Of a DNA stretch of 64,000 bases, positions 56,648 to 64,000 are shown piece after piece. How positions within the stretch are numbered: position 1 is the stretch's first letter; each line of letters opens with the position of its first letter. A program made the position numbers and the translations under genes. The notes under the pieces were generated by a model that did no database searches, had not been told where the DNA came from, and saw only the letters and a list, made by a program, of their open reading frames with translations. Origin of the DNA: Desulfovibrionaceae bacterium (GTDB taxonomy: Bacteria > Desulfobacterota > Desulfovibrionia > Desulfovibrionales > Desulfovibrionaceae); NCBI GenBank assembly GCA_963666895.2, contig CAXXNS010000001.1, positions 76,421 to 140,420 on the forward strand. The letters run 5' to 3'.

Positions 56648-58207
56648 ATGGCGAGAACCAGCGGGCTGCTCCTGCACCTGACAAGCCTTCCGGGTCCCTA
56701 CGGCATCGGAGACCTGGGCCCCGAGGCCCTGGACTTCGGCCACTTTCTGGCCCGGGCCGGGCAGGCATGGTGGCAGGTCCTGCCCCTGACGCCCACCGAC
56801 GCCTTCACCGGCCACTCCCCCTACTCCAGCCTGTCCGCCTTCGCGGCCAATCCCCTGCTGGTCAGCCCGCAGCGGCTGTTCGAGGACGGTCTGCTCGGAC
56901 GGCGCACCCTGGAGGAGCTGGTCCTGCCGAACGCGGAACGGGTGGATTTCGCGGCCGTGGTCCGGGCCAAGACGGCCATGTTCGAGGCCGCGTTCGCCCA
57001 GGCCGAACACGGGCTCCTGGACGACCCGGACTTCGGCCGGTTCCTGCACGACAACGGCACCTGGCTCAACGACTTCGCCCTGTTCCTGTCCCTGAAGAAA
57101 CGGTTCGGCCGGGACGCCTGGACCAAGTGGCCCGGGGAGCTCGCACTTCGTCACGACAAGGCCCTGGCCCGCTGGGGCACGGACCTGGCCCGCCCCATCC
57201 TGTACGAGAAGTTCCGGCAGTACTGCTTCTTCCGCCAGTGGAACCAACTGCGGCGCGAGCTGGCCGACCTGGGCGTGTCCGTGCTCGGCGACGCGCCCAT
57301 CTACGTCACCCACGACTCTCCGGACGTCTGGTGCAACAGACAATTGTTCAAACTTGGGGAGGGCGGGCATCCAATTGTAGTCGCCGGAGTGCCGCCGGAC
57401 TACTTCTCCAAGACCGGCCAGCGCTGGGGCAACCCGGTGTATGACTGGGAGGCCAACCAGGCCCAGCACTTCGACTGGTGGACCGCCCGGCTGGCCCACA
57501 ATTTCGGGCTCTTCGACCAGGTGCGCCTGGACCACTTCCGGGGCTTCGCCGCCCACTGGGAGATTCCGGCCAAGGAAAAGACCGCGGTCAACGGGCAATG
57601 GGTCAAGGCCCCGGGCCGCGAGCTCCTGGAGACCGTGCGCGACCGCACCGGGCATCTCCCCCTCCTGGCCGAGGACCTGGGCACCATTACCGAGGACGTC
57701 ACCGAGTTGCGCCTGGGCCTGGGCCTGCCCGGCATGCGCGTACTCCAGTTCGGGTTCGGGGAAGACCACGGCCGCTCGCCCCACCTGCCCCAGAACTTCG
57801 AGACCCTGTGCGCGGCCTACACCGGCACCCACGACAACAACACCACCCGGGGCTGGTTCGAGAACGACCTGGACACCCCCGGCAGGAAACGGCTGGCCCG
57901 GGTCCTGGGACATGCGCCCACGGCCGAGACCGTGGCCGCGGACCTCATGCGCCTGGCCGCCCTGTCCGTGGCCGACCAGGCAGTGTATCCGGTGCAGGAC
58001 CTGCTGGGCCTGGACGGGTCGGCGCGCATGAACGTGCCCTCCAAGCGCAACCACAACTGGGCCTGGCGGCTTCTGCCGGACCAACTGGGCGAAGGCCGCG
58101 CGGACGAGCTGGCCGAACTGACCGACCTGGCCGGACGCGCCCCCCTGCCCGCCCCTCTGGCCCCTCCCATTCAAGCGGCGGACCGGGCTGAAACCGAAAA
58201 AAAATAG
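56648..58207 (+). CDS. malQ: 4-alpha-glucanotransferase (amylomaltase)
   Basis: 519 aa: SGLLLHLTSLPGPYGIGDLG, VLGDAPIYV, LDHFRGF, EDLG, GTHDN. Confidence 0.9.
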   Translation: MARTSGLLLHLTSLPGPYGIGDLGPEALDFGHFLARAGQAWWQVLPLTPTDAFTGHSPYSSLSAFAANPLLVSPQRLFEDGLLGRRTLEELVLPNAERVDFAAVVRAKTAMFEAAFAQAEHGLLDDPDFGRFLHDNGTWLNDFALFLSLKKRFGRDAWTKWPGELALRHDKALARWGTDLARPILYEKFRQYCFFRQWNQLRRELADLGVSVLGDAPIYVTHDSPDVWCNRQLFKLGEGGHPIVVAGVPPDYFSKTGQRWGNPVYDWEANQAQHFDWWTARLAHNFGLFDQVRLDHFRGFAAHWEIPAKEKTAVNGQWVKAPGRELLETVRDRTGHLPLLAEDLGTITEDVTELRLGLGLPGMRVLQFGFGEDHGRSPHLPQNFETLCAAYTGTHDNNTTRGWFENDLDTPGRKRLARVLGHAPTAETVAADLMRLAALSVADQAVYPVQDLLGLDGSARMNVPSKRNHNWAWRLLPDQLGEGRADELAELTDLAGRAPLPAPLAPPIQAADRAETEKK

Positions 58208-58218
58208 GCCCTCCTGCC

Positions 58219-58246
58219 TTGACACCGCTGCCTGGGTGCTTATCAA
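58219..58246 (+). promoter_or_regulatory. Sigma70-type promoter candidate for groES-groEL (TTGACA-N16-TATCAA)
   Basis: Perfect -35 hexamer at 58219..58224 and -10-like TATCAA at 58241..58246. I saw no CIRCE inverted repeat. Confidence 0.5.
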
Positions 58247-58377
58247 TCACCGCGGGCGCACGTCCCGGATGTTCCCGCGGGTCGAGGCTTGCCCAAGCCC
58301 GGTCCACGAAAGCACCCGAGACTGCGCCATCTACGCGCAACCTACGATAAAAACACCAGAATGGAGGTTGATTGTCC

Positions 58378-58668
58378 ATGAAGCTCAAGCCCCTCAACGA
58401 CCGAGTGCTCGTCAAACGCCTGGAGGAAGAGCAGAAGACCGCCGGCGGCATCATCATTCCCGACACGGCCAAGGAAAAGCCCCAGAAGGGCAAGGTCGTG
58501 GCCGCGGGTCCCGGCAAGAAGGACGACGACGGCAAGGTCATCAAGATGACCGTCAAGAAGGGCGACATCGTCCTGTTCGCCAAATACGCCGGCACCGAGA
58601 TCAAGCTCGACGGCGAGGAGCACCTGGTGATGCGCGAGGAAGACATCCTGGCCATCGTCGAGGACTAG
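58378..58668 (+). CDS. groES: Co-chaperonin GroES
   Basis: [46 protein letters not shown]... GGAGG 9 nt upstream of ATG 58378. Confidence 0.95.
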   Translation: MKLKPLNDRVLVKRLEEEQKTAGGIIIPDTAKEKPQKGKVVAAGPGKKDDDGKVIKMTVKKGDIVLFAKYAGTEIKLDGEEHLVMREEDILAIVED

Positions 58669-58699
58669 TCGAAGCCAAACAAAAAGGGAGTAGCAAGCA

Positions 58700-60346
<1,647 letters not shown>

Positions 60347-60376
60347 CCGACCTTCCCGCTTCAAGCGAAATCAAAA

Positions 60377-60405
60377 GCCCCCGGATTCGTCCGGGGGCTT
60401 TTTTA
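60377..60405 (+). terminator. Rho-independent terminator of groESL
   Basis: GCCCCCGG attcgt CCGGGGGC followed by T6AT4. Confidence 0.85.
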
Positions 60406-60474
60406 TTTTCATGAATTGACTTTAACGAGCATTTTTTCTTAAAAATTATAAAACCATATTCCCCGGAGCTAACT

Positions 60475-61218
60475 ATGTATGCTGTTTTAGGTTTCGATTT
60501 TGATGGATGGTTAAAAAAGGAAATGTACGAAACCACATATGATCAATTTACAATCAAAATCCTTCGTAAAAAACTAAACAAAAACAACGCTCCAATTTCA
60601 AATCAAATTATTATCAAAACTACGGACATCCTTGAATATGAAGCCCATAGATCAGCTAAAATGTTTTTAAGTGAGATAGCGTGGTATTTTGACACACCAA
60701 TTCATGGAATAATTCACACGGGAGGGACAGACCAAATAAAAGGATGTACAATTTATGCAGGCCATAAAGGGTCGGCATTAAAAAGCGTGAACATCGATCT
60801 CTACAAACAACAAAATTTAACGAATGATCAAATATACGCCCTTGGCTTATACAAAGAAGGAATCAGCAATAACAGCATATTTTTTTCATATCTATGTTTA
60901 TTTAACATACTAGAATTTTTTCTTACCCCAAAAAAACGTGAATCGTTCTTAACATCATATATTGAAGATATATGGCGTGTCCAAAAAAACTTAATGATTG
61001 AAGGCGAAAGATTAAACGGAGCTTCACAAATTCAAGAATATTTATATAAAACAGGAAGGTGTTCAGTTGCTCACACTTCAAGCGAACCACGGATGGATAT
61101 ACATGGTTTTGATAGTTACAGAAAAATTAGTTTCTGTAAATCAATAATCAAAGATGCGGTAAGACATTACTTAAAGCACCACGCAGGCATCCCATCTCTG
61201 TCTAATATAACTTATTAA
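60475..61218 (+). CDS. Orphan AT-rich ORF, 247 aa, with an Rx4H (HEPN-like) motif
   Basis: The only long ORF in a sharply AT-rich segment. GGAG lies 7 nt upstream. Lys/Asn/Ile-rich. Contains ALGLYKEGISNNSIFFSYLCLFNILEFF and YLYKTGRCSVAHTSS (R-x4-H). Family assignment not established. Confidence 0.7.
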   Translation: MYAVLGFDFDGWLKKEMYETTYDQFTIKILRKKLNKNNAPISNQIIIKTTDILEYEAHRSAKMFLSEIAWYFDTPIHGIIHTGGTDQIKGCTIYAGHKGSALKSVNIDLYKQQNLTNDQIYALGLYKEGISNNSIFFSYLCLFNILEFFLTPKKRESFLTSYIEDIWRVQKNLMIEGERLNGASQIQEYLYKTGRCSVAHTSSEPRMDIHGFDSYRKISFCKSIIKDAVRHYLKHHAGIPSLSNITY

Positions 61219-61222
61219 TATT

Positions 61223-62137
61223 TTAGAGGTCCACCAATTTCACGTCCCCCGGGCTTAACTCTCGGCCTAAGAATATGGAACCCACCCGGGCGAAGCGCTC
61301 GGGGCCGTCCGTGGCGAAGAAGCGGACGCGGGGGTTGTTCGAGTCGGATTCGGCGTGGGCGGGCTGTTCCGGGCCTGATTGTTCGGAGGCCAGCAGGCCG
61401 TGGCGCTTGAGCGTCTCCCGCACGGCCCGGGCCGTGGTCCTGGCCGAGTCGATGACCGCGATGTCAGGGCCGACCACGTTCTGGATGGCCCCTGCCAGGA
61501 CCGGAAAATGGGTGCAGCCCAGGACCAGGGAGTCGGGCGGCTCGTTACCGAACCGGGCCATCAGGGGCTCCAGGGACTTGCGCACAATGGCCTCCACCAA
61601 CTCGCCCTCGGTCCAGCCCTCCTCGGCCAGAGCCACAAAAAGCGAACAGGCCTGGGCCTCCACGCGCATCCTGGGGCAGATCTCCAGCACGGCCGTCTGG
61701 TACGCCCCGCCCTGCACCGTGGCCTCGGTGGCGATGACCCCCATGCGGCCGCTGGTGTTCAGGTCGCAGGCGGCCTGGGCCCCGGGCCGGACCACGCCGA
61801 TCACGGGCAGCTCCGGATAGGCCTCCCGGAGCGCGGGCAGGGCCACGCTGGACGCCGTGTTGCAGGCCACCACCAGCAGCTTGACCCCGCCATGACCTGA
61901 GGGGCCCCCGTTCTCCACCAGGTGGCGGGAGCTCTGCAATGCGTAGCGGACAACGGACTCCCGGCTCTTGGTGCCGTAGGGCAGCCGGGCCGTGTCGCCC
62001 AGGTAGCGGAACCGCTCAAAGGGCAGCAGGGCCAGCAGCTCCTTGAGCACGGTCAGCCCGCCCACGCCGGAGTCGAACACCCCAATGGGCAAACTGGCGG
62101 GCAGACTTGCGGGAAGATTGGAATCGGATGGCGTCAT
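61223..62137 (-). CDS. murI: Glutamate racemase
   Basis: IGVFDSGVGGLTVLKEL, LVVACNTAS, LGCTHFP. ATG 62137 (the track ORF extends to 62242). Confidence 0.9.
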   Translation of the reverse strand: MTPSDSNLPASLPASLPIGVFDSGVGGLTVLKELLALLPFERFRYLGDTARLPYGTKSRESVVRYALQSSRHLVENGGPSGHGGVKLLVVACNTASSVALPALREAYPELPVIGVVRPGAQAACDLNTSGRMGVIATEATVQGGAYQTAVLEICPRMRVEAQACSLFVALAEEGWTEGELVEAIVRKSLEPLMARFGNEPPDSLVLGCTHFPVLAGAIQNVVGPDIAVIDSARTTARAVRETLKRHGLLASEQSGPEQPAHAESDSNNPRVRFFATDGPERFARVGSIFLGRELSPGDVKLVDL

Positions 62138-62150
62138 GACCTGGAACGGT

Positions 62151-63077
62151 CTAGAAATCGAGCTTGATGGGCGCGCCCTTGGGCTTGCCCTCCCCGCCGG
62201 AACCGGAAGGAGCGCTTGAGGGCGCGCCACCGCCCCCACCACTGGACGAGGACTTGGGCGAAACGCCCGCCGAGGGACGGTAGACCTTGGGCTTGGCCTG
62301 GTCGTAGACCTTCCTGGCCGGGGCGGACAGGGGGTTCTTCTCCAGGACCTGCTCGGCCATCTCGAATGCCTGGTTCCAGTTGCGCTGGGCCAGGGACAGC
62401 CTGGCCAGCCGGACCAGCAGGGTCTCGTGCTTGCCCAGGTACTTGATGGCCGACTTGATGGCCAGCTCGGTCTTGACCGGGTCGCCCAGCCCTTCCAGGC
62501 AGGTGATGAGGGAGGAGTGGGCGCGCTGGTCGCGGGGGTTCTGCTCCAGGGCCCGGTTCAGGTACTCCACGGCCTCCTGCACCAGGCCGCCCATCATCAT
62601 GCGTGCGCCGATGTCCGAGTACAGGCCCGGGATGTCCTTGAACCGCTCGGCCGCCTTGCGGAACAGCTTGCGGGCCTCCATCTCGTCCTTTTCCTTGATC
62701 TGGTCCTGGGCGGCGATGAGCAGGTCGTCCAGCTCGGCCATGCTGGACCGCTGCCGCTGCACCCGGGCCTTTTCCATGGCCTGGCCCAGCTTCTCGTGCA
62801 GCTTCTTCACGGTCTTGAAGAGCTGGACCTCCTTGCCCCGGACGTGCTTGAGCCCGCCGGGCAGGACCCGCTTCATGGTGTGGTGCGAGCAGACCTCGCG
62901 CAGGGCCTCCTCCATCAAGGCGTCGATCTCGAAGCGCTCGATGCCGAAGACCTTGCTCTTGGCCAGCATGGCCAGGGCGTTGCGCAACGCGGCCAGGGAA
63001 CGCAGCAGATCGTCCCGCTGGGCGAACGCCTTGGCCCGGGCGATGTCTTCGCGAATATCCTTGGCGGCAATGGTCAT
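62151..63077 (-). CDS. TPR-repeat protein with Gly/Ser-rich C-terminal tail
   Basis: 308 aa with TPR-like helices (..AVEYLNRALEQNPRDQRAH.., ..AFEMAEQVLEKNPLS..) and the tail SSSSGGGGGAPSSAPSGSGGEGKPKG. Confidence 0.7.
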   Translation of the reverse strand: MTIAAKDIREDIARAKAFAQRDDLLRSLAALRNALAMLAKSKVFGIERFEIDALMEEALREVCSHHTMKRVLPGGLKHVRGKEVQLFKTVKKLHEKLGQAMEKARVQRQRSSMAELDDLLIAAQDQIKEKDEMEARKLFRKAAERFKDIPGLYSDIGARMMMGGLVQEAVEYLNRALEQNPRDQRAHSSLITCLEGLGDPVKTELAIKSAIKYLGKHETLLVRLARLSLAQRNWNQAFEMAEQVLEKNPLSAPARKVYDQAKPKVYRPSAGVSPKSSSSGGGGGAPSSAPSGSGGEGKPKGAPIKLDF

Positions 63078-63154
63078 GACGGCTCCGGCATGGGAAAATC
63101 CTTGATCTTCATTAATACACCCATGCCATATTTACAAGCGAGATCAATACCATG

Positions 63155-63925
63155 CTAAAACGACAGCCCGGCCCGCTCCAAAGCCCGGAGCATGTGGCCG
63201 TAGTGCGAGCCCTTCCAGTACACCCGGCCGCAGTCCGGGCAGCGCGAAAATCGGTGGTAGTAACGCTTGGTCTTGGGCTCCAGCTGGTCCAGGACCTCTG
63301 CCTTGTCCACCTCGTCCAGTTCGCCGTTGCAGTGGATGCAGCGGGTGAACGGGGCCATGCGCGGGCCCAGGCCGTACACCCGGACCACCTCCTCCAGCTG
63401 TTCCCAGGGGTCCTGGGCGCGGATCAGGCGGCCGTGGACAACGGCCGAGCGCTTGAGCAGGGCCCGATCGCGGCTCAGGAGCACGCGGCCCTGGGATGCG
63501 GCCAGCCCGGCCAGTTGGGCGTCGTCCGGGGTGCGCTCAAAGGCCGTGTCGAACCCGGCCATGCGCAGCAGTCCGGCCAGACGGCCCACGTTCTCGTCCA
63601 CGCTGAAGCGCAGGCGGGCCAGGGGCTCGGGCCGCAGCAGGCTGGGCCGGGTGGGATCGACCGGTCGATCCGGGACCACGCCCCGTACCTCCACGGCCGC
63701 GCCCGGGGGCAGCAGCCAGTCGAAGCCGCGCTCCCGCCCGTCCGCCACCAGGGAGTGGACCTCGGTGTGCGGCACGCCCAGGCTCTCGACCACGTCCTTG
63801 ATTGACGCCCGCCGGTCCACCCGGTAGTTTAGCCGACCATCGAGCACAGGCCGTGTCAGCAGCCCGGACAGTTCCGGGCCGAACACGAACAGCGCGTGGC
63901 CGTCACGCAAAGGATTGTCGTGCAT
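63155..63925 (-). CDS. Mut7-C (DUF82) PIN-like RNase domain protein with N-terminal ubiquitin-like domain and C-terminal zinc ribbon
   Basis: ..LRFSVDENVGRLAGLLRMAGFDT.., LLSRDRALLKR.., CIHCNG..CPDCGRVYWKGSH. Confidence 0.7.
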   Translation of the reverse strand: MHDNPLRDGHALFVFGPELSGLLTRPVLDGRLNYRVDRRASIKDVVESLGVPHTEVHSLVADGRERGFDWLLPPGAAVEVRGVVPDRPVDPTRPSLLRPEPLARLRFSVDENVGRLAGLLRMAGFDTAFERTPDDAQLAGLAASQGRVLLSRDRALLKRSAVVHGRLIRAQDPWEQLEEVVRVYGLGPRMAPFTRCIHCNGELDEVDKAEVLDQLEPKTKRYYHRFSRCPDCGRVYWKGSHYGHMLRALERAGLSF

Positions 63926-64000
63926 CCCCTGACTCTCTTGGTCCTTGCCCCCATCCTGTCCTGGCTGGCCCACTCCGCGGCCCTGGCCCTGAACCTGACG
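63920..64000 (+). CDS. Possible 5' end of a membrane protein gene (partial)
   Basis: GTG 63920 behind AAGGA. Reads VHPLTLLVLAPILSWLAHSAALALNLT to the window edge. Overlaps the divergent start at 63925 by 6 nt, so confidence is low. Confidence 0.25.
   Translation, partial: MHPLTLLVLAPILSWLAHSAALALNLT

Noticed and set aside
58208-58377. CIRCE (TTAGCACTC-N9-GAGTGCTAA) heat-shock operator or sigma32-type promoter upstream of groES.
   Set aside because: No CIRCE-like inverted repeat is present. The region shows a TTGACA-N16-TATCAA pair that fits sigma70 better than the CTTGAA/CCCCAT sigma32 consensus.
60406-61222. Mobile-element boundaries (target-site duplication, terminal inverted repeats, integrase or transposase) for the AT-rich islet.
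   Set aside because: I compared the ~40 nt on each side and found no convincing direct or inverted repeats. No recombinase gene is present. It is therefore described as an islet of unknown insertion mechanism, not as a mobile element.

Overview
This is a high-GC chromosomal window, about two-thirds G+C by eye. Its gene content fits a Desulfovibrio-type sulfate reducer. That placement is an inference from three things: periplasmic [NiFe] hydrogenase hynBA with its maturation genes, an NrfC/NrfD/multihaem-cytochrome redox module, and a class III anaerobic ribonucleotide reductase. About 65 protein genes are supportable. I saw no rRNA, tRNA, CRISPR array, transposase or integrase. Housekeeping blocks are rpmH-rnpA-yidD-yidC-jag-(FeS gene)-mnmE, groES-groEL, murI, purU, gmhA, malQ and cheW-MCP. 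Five things deserve a second look. (1) A ~0.8-kb AT-rich single-gene islet sits between groEL and murI and encodes an orphan 247-aa protein with an Rx4H (HEPN-like) motif. (2) nrdD is tandemly duplicated behind a single nrdG. The copies are separated by a terminator and an AT-rich spacer, and the nrdG leader is long and carries a terminator-like hairpin. (3) A putative sigma54-driven operon encodes a low-GC atypical receiver, a receiver-CBS protein, a long DASS/SLC13 permease, a 44-codon membrane micro-ORF and a Yip1-like protein. Its upstream regulatory module is duplicated in front of the neighbouring histidine kinase gene. (4) In a ~3.7-kb patch (30.6-34.3 kb), consecutive genes (amphi-Trp protein, icd, fetA/fetB-like ABC exporter, hypC-like) are broken by many 1-nt indels, yet their peptide fragments stay family-like. 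Isolated frameshifts continue to 44.1 kb. This is most simply a local sequence-quality problem, but it is flagged. (5) Several non-coding elements are unexplained: a 121-bp imperfect palindrome at 43.15 kb, four GTAAC repeats at ~19-bp spacing upstream of hynB, and a TTGAC-N4-GTCAA palindrome in front of a Crp/Fnr gene. All family assignments come from reading the translations, not from database searches.
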